A stretch of 64,000 nt of DNA from positions 3,645 through 67,644 of the forward strand of contig DASYBB010000096.1 of NCBI GenBank assembly GCA_036501025.1, written 5' to 3'. Shown here in pieces: positions 31,165 through 39,938 of this stretch. The stretch is from Streptosporangiaceae bacterium. Lineage in GTDB: Bacteria > Actinomycetota > Actinomycetes > Streptosporangiales > Streptosporangiaceae. The position numbers and the translations under genes are program-made. How positions within the stretch are numbered: position 1 is the first letter of the stretch; every line of letters begins with the position of its first letter. The notes beneath the pieces are model-generated. The model was not told the origin of the DNA. It ran no database searches and worked only from the letters and a program-made list of their open reading frames with translations.

Positions 31165-31934
31165 GCGTCGCGCAGCCGGAGCACCAGCCATCCCCCGGCC
31201 AGGGCGGCCGCGGCCCACAGCGCGCACACCCCGAGCCCGGGCCAGGGCGCGATCGGCTGCCGCGCCAGGTGGGTCGTCGCCTGCACGGCCAGCCCGGCGT
31301 CCATCGGCGTCCACCGCTCGATCCGCCGCTGCCAGGCCGCGTTCAGCCCGATGTCCCCGATGAACGACAGCACGTACAGCAGGCCGAGGGCCGCCGCCGC
31401 GGTCACGGTCGCGCTGCGCAGGGCCGCGCCCAGGCCGAGGCTGAGCAGGCCGATGAGGACGAGGTAGAGCACCGAACCGGCCGCGGCCCGCAGCGTCGGG
31501 CCGTGCAGGAGCGACACCGCCGCGAAGCCGTGCGCCGCGGTGTACCCGTTGCCGGGGAGCAGCAGCCGCCCGGCCAGCACGGAGCCGAGCACCCCGGCCA
31601 GGCCGGCCGCGCCGATGCAGGCCGACAGCACGGCCGCCTTCGCCGCCAGCACCACTCCGCGCCGCGGCGTGGCCGTGAGCGTCGTGCGGACCAGCCCGGT
31701 GCTGTACTCCCCGGCCATGATCATCACGGCCAGCCCGGCGGCGGCCGCCTGGCCGAGGATGACTCCGGTCAGGCTGATCTTCGTCGGGTCGGCCGAGCAC
31801 GACGCCGGGCATTTCACCACGTCGGCCGCGAGGCTGCCGGCGGCCACGGTCAGCGCGGCGAGGGTCAGCAGGATCCAGGCTGAGCTGGCCACCGTGCGGA
31901 GCTTGGTCCACTCCGCGTGCAGGGCATCGATCAC
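31161..31934 (-). CDS. ABC-2 type transporter permease
   Basis: VIDALHAEWTKLRTV..., MAGEYSTGLVRTTLTATPRR. The GTG at 31934 overlaps the upstream stop (GTGA). Confidence 0.85.
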   Translation of the reverse strand: MIDALHAEWTKLRTVASSAWILLTLAALTVAAGSLAADVVKCPASCSADPTKISLTGVILGQAAAAGLAVMIMAGEYSTGLVRTTLTATPRRGVVLAAKAAVLSACIGAAGLAGVLGSVLAGRLLLPGNGYTAAHGFAAVSLLHGPTLRAAAGSVLYLVLIGLLSLGLGAALRSATVTAAAALGLLYVLSFIGDIGLNAAWQRRIERWTPMDAGLAVQATTHLARQPIAPWPGLGVCALWAAAALAGGWLVLRLRDA

Positions 31935-33556
31935 ACGTCCCTCCGGCGCAGCAGCCAGATCGCGCCCGCCAGCGCGGCCGCGGCCCAGGCGCACAGGACC
32001 GCGTAGCCGTACCAGGGCTGGAGCGGGAAGCAGCCGTGGTAGGGCGAGCAGACGCTGTCGACCTGGGAGTAGTGCGGGACCGTCGACTGGAGGCTGAACG
32101 CCGCGGCCGGGGTGAGCCGCAGCAGCCAGGTGGCCGGGCCCAGCGGCAGCACGATGGCCAGCACCAGCGGCATCACGACCAGCCCGATGACGGCCGTGAC
32201 GGCGCCGGCGCCGCGCCGGAATACCGTCCCGGCGGCCAGGGCGAGGACCGCCACGGCGGCGGCGGTGGCCGCGGTGCCGATGACCACCTGCAGGCCGGTG
32301 CCGCTGGTGAGCGCGTAGTCCGTCCAGACCGGCAGCTTCCAGCCGTTGCGCTCGAGCTCGTGGCCGGCGACCGGGAAGGCGACCGCCGTCCCGATCAGCG
32401 CGGCGACGAAGGTGGCCCCGCCCACGACGATGCCCTTGGCCAGCAGGACCCGGCCGCGGCGCGGGGTGGCGGCGAGGGTCGTCCGGATCAGCGCCCGGCG
32501 GTACTCAGCGGTGATGAACACCGCGCCGAGCCCGATGACGGCGATAAGGCCGAACAGCGTCGTCAGGAAGGCCACGTGCATCGGGTCGATGATCGGCGTG
32601 AACGGGGCGATGTCACCGGTGCCGGTGAGCGTGTAGGTCCCGGCGCGGTGGCGGACGCCGGGCGCGGGCTGGAACTCATGGCAGCCCCGCCCGCACTTGA
32701 CGGCCGGGCCGGACCCGGCCGGGCCGCCCGGCACCGGGTCCCCGTCGCTGACCACGCCATCCGCCCAGGACCGGCCCGCGGTCCCGCCGGTGAGCCGGAG
32801 CCCGGTGAAGGCGGCGGCCGCCTGGGTCCGGGTGGAGTACGTGTCGTCGCCGCTGCCGATTCCCTCGCTGAAGTCCGGTGAGGTGACGAAGGCCCCGGCC
32901 TGGGCGGTCGCGGGCAGGCCGGCCACCGCGACCGTGCCGACCCTGGTCCACGCCGAGCCGGTCGCCGACACCCAGCCGGTGACGGTGTCCCCGGCCCGGG
33001 TCAGCCGCAGCCACCGGGCCTGGCCGCCGGCCGCCGCCGGCCCGGCCAGGTCGTGGCTGAAGCCGTCCTGCATCCGGATCCCGTGGCTGCCGGTCAGCAT
33101 CACGGCGGCGTAGGCGGCGCCGGACCGGGTGCTGGCCTTGATCATGAGGCCCGCCTTGGCCCAGGGCTGGGTGGCGAGCGGCGGGCCGAAGCCGAGTGGC
33201 GGCGACACATGGCCGGTGCCGTGCAGGTCGTCAACCCGGGCGGTGATGCTGCCGTCGGCGCCGACGGGCTGGTGCACGAAGGTGAAGGAGTCGAGCACGG
33301 CGGTGCCGGACGGGCCGGTGGAGAAGAACCGGCCCTCGACCTCGCAGCCGCGGGCCGTGCAGGTCTCGGGGTCGTTGGACGTCGCGGTGCTGGCCAGCCA
33401 GCTCGGCAGGAGCGCGGTGAGCGCGACGACCGCCACGATGGTGATCGGCCAGCCGCGGACCGTCCGGAACTTGGTCCATTCCGATCGCAGCAGCTGCCGG
33501 AAGCCGTTGCGGGTGACCGGCGCGTCCGGCCGGCGGGACGTGACGGGCGCGGTCAC
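31931..33556 (-). CDS. ABC-2 type transporter permease carrying a roughly 270-aa extracytoplasmic beta-sandwich (ConA/LamG-like) insert
   Basis: SEWTKFRTV and TM1, then an insert at aa about 57-325 (nt about 32582-33388) containing PWAKAGLMIKAS...AAYAAVMLTGSHGIRMQ...ARWLRLTRAGDTVTGWVSATGSAWTRVGTV...AGAFVTSP. This is followed by ITAEYRRALIRTTLAATPRR and 5 TM segments. Confidence 0.85.
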   Translation of the reverse strand: MTAPVTSRRPDAPVTRNGFRQLLRSEWTKFRTVRGWPITIVAVVALTALLPSWLASTATSNDPETCTARGCEVEGRFFSTGPSGTAVLDSFTFVHQPVGADGSITARVDDLHGTGHVSPPLGFGPPLATQPWAKAGLMIKASTRSGAAYAAVMLTGSHGIRMQDGFSHDLAGPAAAGGQARWLRLTRAGDTVTGWVSATGSAWTRVGTVAVAGLPATAQAGAFVTSPDFSEGIGSGDDTYSTRTQAAAAFTGLRLTGGTAGRSWADGVVSDGDPVPGGPAGSGPAVKCGRGCHEFQPAPGVRHRAGTYTLTGTGDIAPFTPIIDPMHVAFLTTLFGLIAVIGLGAVFITAEYRRALIRTTLAATPRRGRVLLAKGIVVGGATFVAALIGTAVAFPVAGHELERNGWKLPVWTDYALTSGTGLQVVIGTAATAAAVAVLALAAGTVFRRGAGAVTAVIGLVVMPLVLAIVLPLGPATWLLRLTPAAAFSLQSTVPHYSQVDSVCSPYHGCFPLQPWYGYAVLCAWAAAALAGAIWLLRRRDV

Positions 33557-34548
33557 CGGCCGGCCTCCGTCCCCGCCGGGGCAGCGGGATTCCCGGCGGC
33601 AGCCACGGCGGCCGGGCCGTCCGGCCCGGGGCCGGCGCTCTGCCCGCGGAACTCGACCGCGTCCCTGGTCAGCTCCATGTACGCCTCCTCCAGCGTCGCC
33701 TGATGGGCGGCCAGCCCGGAGAACGCCACCTCGTGGCTGCCGAGCAGCCCGGCGATCTGGGCCGCGCTCAGCCCGGAGACGGCCAGCGTGTCCTGGCCGC
33801 TGACGGCGACGGTGCCGCCCGCGTGGGTGAGCACGGTCATCGCCTCGGTGCGGGCCGTCGTCCTGACCATCACCCGGTCCTTGGAGGCCGCGGCCATCAG
33901 CTCGGCCACGCTGGTGTCGGCGAGCAGCTGGCCGCGCCCGATGACCAGCAGGTGATCGGCGTTGTCCTGCAGCTCGCTCATCAGGTGGCTGGAGACCAGG
34001 ACGGCCCGCCCCTGGGCGGCCAGCGACCTCAGCAGCTCGCGCATCCAGACGATGCCCTCCGGGTCCAGCCCGTTGAACGGCTCGTCGAGCATCAGCATGG
34101 GCGGGTCGGCCAGCAGGGCGGCGGCGATCCCGAGCCGCTGCCGCATGCCCAGGGAGTACCCGCCGGCGCGGCGCCGCCCGGCGCTGCCCAGCCCGGCCAG
34201 CTCGATGACCTGGCTGACCCGGCGGGTGCCCAGGCCCTGGGAGTGGGCCAGCCAGAGCAGGTGGTCCCGGCCGCGGCGGCTGGGCTGCAGCGCGTCGGCA
34301 TCGAGCAGCGCGCCCAGGTGACTGAGCGGGTGGCGCAGGCTGGCATAGCGCTGGCCGCCGACCAGGGCCGTGCCCTCGTCGGGGTCGTCCAGGCCCAGGA
34401 TGACCCGCATGGTGGTGGACTTGCCGGCCCCGTTGGGGCCGACGAATCCGGTGACCTCTCCCGGCTTGACCAGGAAGGAAAGGCCGTCCAGGGCAGTAAC
34501 CGGGCCGTACCGCTTGCGCAGCCCGGCGACCTCGATCGTGGCGTCCAT
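33553..34548 (-). CDS. ABC transporter ATP-binding protein
   Basis: GPNGAGKSTT, YSLGMRQRL, MLMLDEPFNGLD. Confidence 0.95.
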   Translation of the reverse strand: MDATIEVAGLRKRYGPVTALDGLSFLVKPGEVTGFVGPNGAGKSTTMRVILGLDDPDEGTALVGGQRYASLRHPLSHLGALLDADALQPSRRGRDHLLWLAHSQGLGTRRVSQVIELAGLGSAGRRRAGGYSLGMRQRLGIAAALLADPPMLMLDEPFNGLDPEGIVWMRELLRSLAAQGRAVLVSSHLMSELQDNADHLLVIGRGQLLADTSVAELMAAASKDRVMVRTTARTEAMTVLTHAGGTVAVSGQDTLAVSGLSAAQIAGLLGSHEVAFSGLAAHQATLEEAYMELTRDAVEFRGQSAGPGPDGPAAVAAAGNPAAPAGTEAGR

Positions 34549-34715
34549 GCCGGACAGGCTATGGAGCCGGGGGCGGCACCGTCGTCCCGCGCCAGCGCCG
34601 CTTTAGGCCTCGCGTGACGGGGGACTCCGGGGCCGGCCCGTCCCTCGCGCGAGGGATGGCGGCAGGGTCCCGGTTCCCGCGCGCGGGGACGCCACCGCCG
34701 CCGCGAGCGGCGACA

Positions 34716-35942
34716 ATGGGCGTCATGGACACAGGCGGCGAGCGCCGCGAGCGCCGGGAGCGCTGGGATCAGGCGGCCCGGCGCGCCGCCGCGTACCCGC
34801 GGGCGCCGGTGGTCGCCGCCGTGGTGCTCGCCCTGGCCGCCGTGGTCCAGGCGGCCGCGCAGGTCCCGCGGTCCGCTCCGGCCGGCGCGGGCATCAGCGC
34901 CGGCGAGGTGATCGCCGTGGTCGTGCTGGCGGCGGCCGGGACGCTGCCCCTCGGCCTGCTGTGGGCGCAGCCGCGCGTCCTCGCCGTGCTGCTCGCGGTG
35001 ACGGCCGTGGTTTCGGTGGCGCTGGCCCGCGACTTCACCGCGGCCGCCCTGGTCGCGGTGCTGATCTCCCTGGCCCGGCTCGGCGCCCGCCGCGCGCAGC
35101 TGCCGGCCGGCCTGATCTGCGCGGTCTTCCTGCTGCTGGCGCTGCTGGAGGCGGGCCGCCATGACGTCCCCCGGACGGCGGTCCTGCTGGCCGGGGCCGC
35201 GCCGCTGGCGGCATGGGCCGGCTACGCCCGGCGGGTCGGGGCCGAGACCGCCGCCCAGACCGCCGAGCGGGCGGCCATCGCCGGCTCGCTGCTGGAGCAC
35301 TCCGCCCGCGGCGAGCGCGCCCGGATCAGCCGGGAACTGCATGACGTGGTCGCGCACCACATCTCGATGATCTCGGTGCAGGCCGAGACGGCCCGGCTGA
35401 CCACGCCTGGCCTGCCCGCCGCCGGCGCCCAGCGGCTGTCCGCCATCGGCGACACCGCGCGGGCCGCCCTGACCGAGATGCGCCGCCTCCTGGGCGTGCT
35501 GCGCGAGGACACCGGTGACGAGCCCGCCCAGCGTCAGCCGCAGCCCGGGCTGAGCCAGCTCGCCGTGCTGCTCGACGAGGCCAGGGACGCCTCCGGAACG
35601 GGCATCCGGCTGATCATCAGCGGCTGGGTGGCCCCGCTGGACCCGGGCGTCGAGCTGGCCGGCTACCGGATCATCCAGGAGGCGCTGACCAACTCCCGGC
35701 GGCACGCGCCCGGTGCGGCGGTCGATGTCGAGCTGCGCTATCTCGGCGGCCAGCTGCACCTGCGGGTGCGGGACAACGGCCCCGGCCCGCCGGCGGGCCG
35801 GCCCGGCGGCGGCCACGGGCTGACCGGGATGGCCGAGCGCGCTGCCGCCGTCGGGGGCCGGCTGCATACCGACTACGCGGCGGGCGGCGGCTTCCTGGTC
35901 GAGGCCTGGCTGCCGGCCACCGCCGAGGAGGCGGTGGCGTGA
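34716..35942 (+). CDS. Sensor histidine kinase (HisKA_3/NarL-partner type) with an all-membrane N-terminal sensor region
   Basis: About 5 TM helices with very short loops. H-box RISRELHDVVAHHISMI, N-box IIQEALTNSRRHA, G-box GHGLTGMAERA. The start is uncertain; the track ORF begins at 34614. Confidence 0.9.
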   Translation: MGVMDTGGERRERRERWDQAARRAAAYPRAPVVAAVVLALAAVVQAAAQVPRSAPAGAGISAGEVIAVVVLAAAGTLPLGLLWAQPRVLAVLLAVTAVVSVALARDFTAAALVAVLISLARLGARRAQLPAGLICAVFLLLALLEAGRHDVPRTAVLLAGAAPLAAWAGYARRVGAETAAQTAERAAIAGSLLEHSARGERARISRELHDVVAHHISMISVQAETARLTTPGLPAAGAQRLSAIGDTARAALTEMRRLLGVLREDTGDEPAQRQPQPGLSQLAVLLDEARDASGTGIRLIISGWVAPLDPGVELAGYRIIQEALTNSRRHAPGAAVDVELRYLGGQLHLRVRDNGPGPPAGRPGGGHGLTGMAERAAAVGGRLHTDYAAGGGFLVEAWLPATAEEAVA

Positions 35943-36640
35943 CCGGCACCCAGCCCGCCGTGCGGATCGTCGTGGCTGACGATCAGCAGGTCGTGCGGGC
36001 CGGCTTCGCGGCGCTGCTGGCCACCCAGGACGACTTTGCCGTGGTCGGGACCGCCCGAGACGGCGCCGAGGCGGTCCGGCTGGGCGGCGAGCTGCGGGCG
36101 GACGTCGTGCTGATGGACGTCCGGATGCCGGGCACCGACGGCATCGAGGCGACCCGGCAGCTGGTGTCCGGCCGTGAGGACGGGCCCCGGGTGCTCATCC
36201 TGACCACCTTCGACCTGGACGACTACGTCTTCGACGCGCTCCGCGCGGGCGCGAGCGGCTTCCTGCTCAAGGACGTGACCGCCGAGCGGCTGTTCGAGGC
36301 GGTGCGGGTGGTGGCGGGGGGCGAGGCGCTGCTGGCCCCGGCCGTGACCCGGCGGCTCATCATCGAGTTCGCCCGGCTGAAGGCGAGCCCGCCGGCGGCG
36401 GCCTACCCGCAGCTGGCCAGCCTGACCCCGCGCGAGACCGAGGTGCTGGGCCTGATCGCCGCGGGCCTGTCCAACCAGCAGATCGCCGCCCGCCTCGTGG
36501 TCACCGACGAGACCGTCAAGACCCATGTCAGCCGGGTGCTCCGCAAGCTGGAGCTGCGCGACCGCACGCAGGCCGTCATCGCTGCCTACGAGTCGGGCCT
36601 GGTCGTCCCCGGCCGGCATGACGAGCCCGGCCCGGCCTGA
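35939..36640 (+). CDS. Response regulator, LuxR/NarL family
   Basis: RIVVADDQQVVRAGF...DVVLMDVRMPGTDGIEAT, and the LuxR HTH LTPRETEVLGLIAAGLSNQQIAARLVVTDETVKTHVSRVLRKL. Confidence 0.95.
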   Translation: MTGTQPAVRIVVADDQQVVRAGFAALLATQDDFAVVGTARDGAEAVRLGGELRADVVLMDVRMPGTDGIEATRQLVSGREDGPRVLILTTFDLDDYVFDALRAGASGFLLKDVTAERLFEAVRVVAGGEALLAPAVTRRLIIEFARLKASPPAAAYPQLASLTPRETEVLGLIAAGLSNQQIAARLVVTDETVKTHVSRVLRKLELRDRTQAVIAAYESGLVVPGRHDEPGPA

Positions 36641-36723
36641 CCCGCCCGGCCGAGGGGAGGGACCTCGTCGTGGACACCACTTCGGGACCGCCTTACGGGA
36701 GATCGGTGCCGCAGAAAGAAGCG

Positions 36724-36891
36724 ATGGGAAGACGGGTGGCTGTCGTGCTTTACGTGCTCGCACTGGTAGCCGTCGTGGTCGGCGTGGACGTCCTGTTCCT
36801 CAGGAACGAGCTCTGGGAGCGGCTGGCGGTAAACGTGGGAATTGCCGGGGTGTTCGGGGCCTTCGGCTTCAGGTTCCTGAAGCGCCCGTGA
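36724..36891 (+). CDS. Small (55-aa) two-TM membrane protein
   Basis: MGRRVAVVLYVLALVAVVVGVDVLFLRNELWERLAVNVGIAGVFGAFGFRFLKRP, immediately downstream of the response regulator. Confidence 0.5.
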   Translation: MGRRVAVVLYVLALVAVVVGVDVLFLRNELWERLAVNVGIAGVFGAFGFRFLKRP

Positions 36892-36949
36892 GCGCGGCGG
36901 GAGTCATCGCGGTTTCACGGCGGTTTCACCCGGGATCGAGTAGCGGGGT

Positions 36950-37192
36950 CGTCCGCACGTCCTTGCCTTGCCTCGCGGGCATGGGGTCGGCCCAGGTCGC
37001 CCTGGTCTGCGTATGGCGGCTGGTGACGATGGTGCGACGCGGCACGGTGTTCTCCGATGCCGCGTTCCGGTACGTGGATGTCGTGAGGCGGCACGCTTCG
37101 CCGCGCTCGCCGCGCTCTGCGAGGTGCTCAGCTGCCAGCCGGGCGACCGGCTGCGCTCCGAGCCCGCGGACGCCGGTGATGCCGGCGGCTGA
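36950..37192 (+). pseudogene. Probable remnant of a DUF2975 membrane-protein gene
   Basis: ...QVALVCVWRLVTMVRRGTVFSDAAFRYVDVV, recalled as the hallmark MVRRxxxFSxxAFRxVD of DUF2975. It then shifts frame to AARFAALAALCEVL... and stops. The N-terminal half is absent. Confidence 0.35.
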
Positions 37193-37233
37193 GCTGGGCG
37201 CCCGCCGCCCGTCCGCTCCGGAGAACGGGCAGG

Positions 37234-37815
37234 TCAGGGCAGCAGGCGGCGGTAGCGGCTGGCGTGGAAGACCAGGGGCGGAACAGCCGGATCGGCGTCC
37301 AGCTCGTGCACGCGCAGCAGGATCATCTCGTGGTCGCCGGCCGGGACCGCCGTTTCGACGCTGCAGTCGAGCCACGCGCTGGCTCCCTCGACCAGGACGG
37401 CGCCGTCCGCGGTCGCGCGCCAGTCCAGCCGGGCGAAGCGGTCGGGCCCGGCCGCCGCGAGCTGGCGGCTGGCCTGCTCCTGGTGCGCGCCGAGCACGCT
37501 GATGCCGAGCCGGCGGGCCCGCCCGAGGCGCGGCCAGGTGCGCGAGCCGCGGGCGATGCAGACCGACACGATCGGCGGGTCAAGGGAGACCGAGGTGAAG
37601 GAGCTGGCGGCCAGGCCGAGCGGCATGCCCCCGGCCAGCGCCGCGACTGCCGTGACCCCGGTGGGGAACGCGCCGAAGACGCGGCGCAGCTCGGCCTCGT
37701 CATGAATCCGCAGCAGCCCGGGCCGGCCGGTGCCGCGCGGAACCGCCGCAGCGGCGGCCGCGGCGGCCGGCGGCAGGTCAGCGGCGTGGCTGCCGTCGGC
37801 GCATGCGATGGTCAT
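37234..37815 (-). CDS. Flavin reductase family protein (NAD(P)H-flavin oxidoreductase, split-barrel)
   Basis: FGAFPTGVTAVAALAGGMPLGLAASSFTSVSLDPPIVSVCI...GDHEMILLRV. Start set to the internal ATG at 37815. Confidence 0.85.
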   Translation of the reverse strand: MTIACADGSHAADLPPAAAAAAAAVPRGTGRPGLLRIHDEAELRRVFGAFPTGVTAVAALAGGMPLGLAASSFTSVSLDPPIVSVCIARGSRTWPRLGRARRLGISVLGAHQEQASRQLAAAGPDRFARLDWRATADGAVLVEGASAWLDCSVETAVPAGDHEMILLRVHELDADPAVPPLVFHASRYRRLLP

Positions 37816-37860
37816 GGCGTCCCCTTGGCTCGCGGGCGGGCGGCGGCCTGATTCCTGCAA

Positions 37861-37881
37861 TGTCTACCAAAATAATAGACA
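37861..37881. promoter_or_regulatory. Palindrome TGTCTA-N9-TAGACA in the flavin reductase/ssu divergent region
   Basis: Perfect 6-bp arms (37861-37866 and 37876-37881) around an A/T-only spacer, 46 nt upstream of the flavin reductase start. Confidence 0.35.
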
Positions 37882-37989
37882 AGACCCGTGCCGTCCAGGA
37901 GTGAGGCATGGCGCCCGATCGGTCACGCCCGGGAAGCCGGGGGCCGCGCCCGGCATTCTCGCTTATGCCTATTGACTTCATAGGGATTA

Positions 37990-38019
37990 GTCGGCAGCAT
38001 GGGGTTATGAGCTGCCGAC
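37990..38019 (+). promoter_or_regulatory. Stem-loop in the ssu leader (9-bp perfect stem)
   Basis: GTCGGCAGC (37990-37998) pairs with GCTGCCGAC (38011-38019), with a 12-nt loop. It is preceded by TTGACT at 37972-37977. Confidence 0.4.
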
Positions 38020-38298
38020 AGCGACTGGTCTCCCGCCGGCATGTCGACCTCCGTCGCCAGGCGAGCTCGATGTGTCGCAGGGCGGGCCCGCTCCCCGGGG
38101 CGCAGCCCGCCTGACCGTCATGACCGGGCGACGCGGCCCGGTTCCGCCCCGGCCCGTGCCCGGCGCTGGCCGGGGGATGTTCCGCATCCGGGCCGTTCCC
38201 GCCACCCGCCGCCGGACGCGCGGTCCCGGGCCATGCGCCCATGCGCGGACCCGGTCCCCCCAGTGCCCACCAGGCTCCCTGACGAATGAGGTGTTCGC

Positions 38299-39201
38299 GT
38301 GTCCGCACCCAGATCCGTGGCGCTCGCGCCCGGCCAGACCGCCGAGCCGGCGCCGCCCGGCCGGGCCGGCCTGGCCGCCGGCCCGGCTGCCCCGGAAGCC
38401 GCCGCCGCCCCCAGCGGGCGGCCGCCGCACGGCGCGGCGCTGCTGCGGCTGATCAGCCCGGTGGCCGTGCTGGCCCTCTGGCAGCTCGTCAGCTCGGCCG
38501 GGATCATCTCAGCGGACAAGCTGCCGCCGCCCACCCAGGTCTGGAGCACCGCGGTATCGCTGGTCACCAGCGCCTCGCCGGCGTACGGGTCGCTGCAGGG
38601 CAACCTGCTGGCCTCGCTGGACCGGGTCGCGATCGGATTCGGGTGCGGCGCGGTGGCGGCGATCGTCCTGGCCGTCGCGGCCGGGCTCAGCCGGCTGGGC
38701 GAGAACGCGGTCGACCCGCTGATGCAGATGCTCCGCACGCTCCCGCTGTTCGGGCTGATCCCGGTGTTCATCGTGTGGTTCGGCATCGGCCAGCTGCCCA
38801 AGATCCTGCTCATCGCGATCGGCTCCGGGATCCCGCTGTACCTGAACACGTTCTCGGGCATCCGGAACGTGGACGCCAAGCTCGGTGAGCTGGGCCAGGT
38901 CCTGCACCTGCGGCGGCGGGAGCTGATCGGCCAGATCGTGCTGCCCGGCGCCCTGCCGCAGGTGCTGGTGGGCCTGCGCCAGAGCCTGGCCGTGGCCTGG
39001 CTCGCGCTGGTCGTGGCCGAGCAGTTCAATACGAGTGCCGGGCTGGGCTTCATGATCAGCCAGGGCACCCAGTTCAACCGGAACGACGTGATCTTCGTCG
39101 CGCTCCTCATCTACTGCGTCCTCGGGCTGCTTACCGACTCCCTGGTCCGGCTGGCCGAGAGGAGGGCCCTGTCATGGCGGCGCAGCTTCACGGCCCGGTA
39201 A
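38299..39201 (+). CDS. ssuC: Aliphatic sulfonate/taurine/nitrate-type ABC transporter permease
   Basis: BPD_transp_1 core: LDRVAIGFGCGAVAAIVLAVAAGLSRLGENAVDPLMQMLRTLPLFGLIPVFIVWFGIG. GTG start with an Ala/Pro-rich N-terminal extension, so the start is uncertain. Confidence 0.85.
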   Translation: MSAPRSVALAPGQTAEPAPPGRAGLAAGPAAPEAAAAPSGRPPHGAALLRLISPVAVLALWQLVSSAGIISADKLPPPTQVWSTAVSLVTSASPAYGSLQGNLLASLDRVAIGFGCGAVAAIVLAVAAGLSRLGENAVDPLMQMLRTLPLFGLIPVFIVWFGIGQLPKILLIAIGSGIPLYLNTFSGIRNVDAKLGELGQVLHLRRRELIGQIVLPGALPQVLVGLRQSLAVAWLALVVAEQFNTSAGLGFMISQGTQFNRNDVIFVALLIYCVLGLLTDSLVRLAERRALSWRRSFTAR

Positions 39202-39938
39202 CGGCCGCCCTGGGCGGCCCCGGCCCGGGCGCCGCCGGGCCGGCCGCCAGGATCCGCGGGCTGTCCCGGGCGTTCGGCGGGCGCACGGTGCTCGACGGCC
39301 TCGATCTCGACATCGCGCCGGGCGAGTTCGTCGCGATGATCGGGCGCAGCGGGTCCGGCAAGTCCACCCTGCTGCGGGCGCTGGCCGGGCTCGACCGCGA
39401 GATCACCGGAGAGGTCCAGGTCAGCGGGACCACAGCGGTGGCCTTCCAGGAACCGCGCCTGGTGCCCTGGAAGCGGGTCGCCGCCAACGTGCGCCTCGGG
39501 CTGAGGACGGCGGACCCGTCGGCGCTGGCGGACGCGGCCCTCGCCGAGGTCGGGCTGGCCGACCGTGCCGGCGCCTGGCCGCTCACGCTGTCCGGCGGCG
39601 AGGCCCAGCGGGCGTCCCTGGCCCGGGCGCTGGTGCGCGAGCCCCGGCTGCTGCTCCTGGACGAGCCGTTCAGCGCGCTGGACGCGCTCACCACCATCGC
39701 CATGCACCAGCTCGTGCTGCGGCTGTGGGCGCAGCACCGCCCGGCGGTGCTGCTGGTGACCCATGACGTGGACGAGGCGCTCGCGCTGGCCGACCGGGTC
39801 CTGGTCCTGGCCGAGGGCCGGATCGGCTACTCGGGCGAGATCGACGCGCCGCGGCCCCGTGACCGCGACCACCCCGACCTGATTACCCGCCGGGCCGAGC
39901 TCCTGGCCGAGCTCGGCGTTACGAAAGGAACCGCATGA
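39174..39938 (+). CDS. ssuB: Sulfonate-type ABC transporter ATP-binding protein
   Basis: GRSGSGKSTLL, LSGGEAQR, LLLLDEPFSALD. Confidence 0.9.
   Translation: MAAQLHGPVTAALGGPGPGAAGPAARIRGLSRAFGGRTVLDGLDLDIAPGEFVAMIGRSGSGKSTLLRALAGLDREITGEVQVSGTTAVAFQEPRLVPWKRVAANVRLGLRTADPSALADAALAEVGLADRAGAWPLTLSGGEAQRASLARALVREPRLLLLDEPFSALDALTTIAMHQLVLRLWAQHRPAVLLVTHDVDEALALADRVLVLAEGRIGYSGEIDAPRPRDRDHPDLITRRAELLAELGVTKGTA

Noticed and set aside
34092-35867. 591-aa minus-strand ORF
   Set aside because: Antisense to the histidine kinase and overlapping the ABC ATPase in another frame. No motifs.
38003-38125. Possible SAM-IV-like riboswitch in the ssu leader
   Set aside because: GGTTATGA (38003-38010) can pair with TCATGACC (38118-38125), and the opening resembles my recollection of a SAM-IV P1 (GGUCAUGAG...). 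However, I could not find the conserved GCAACC core or a convincing P2/P3 arrangement. Treat it as unproven until a covariance-model scan is run.
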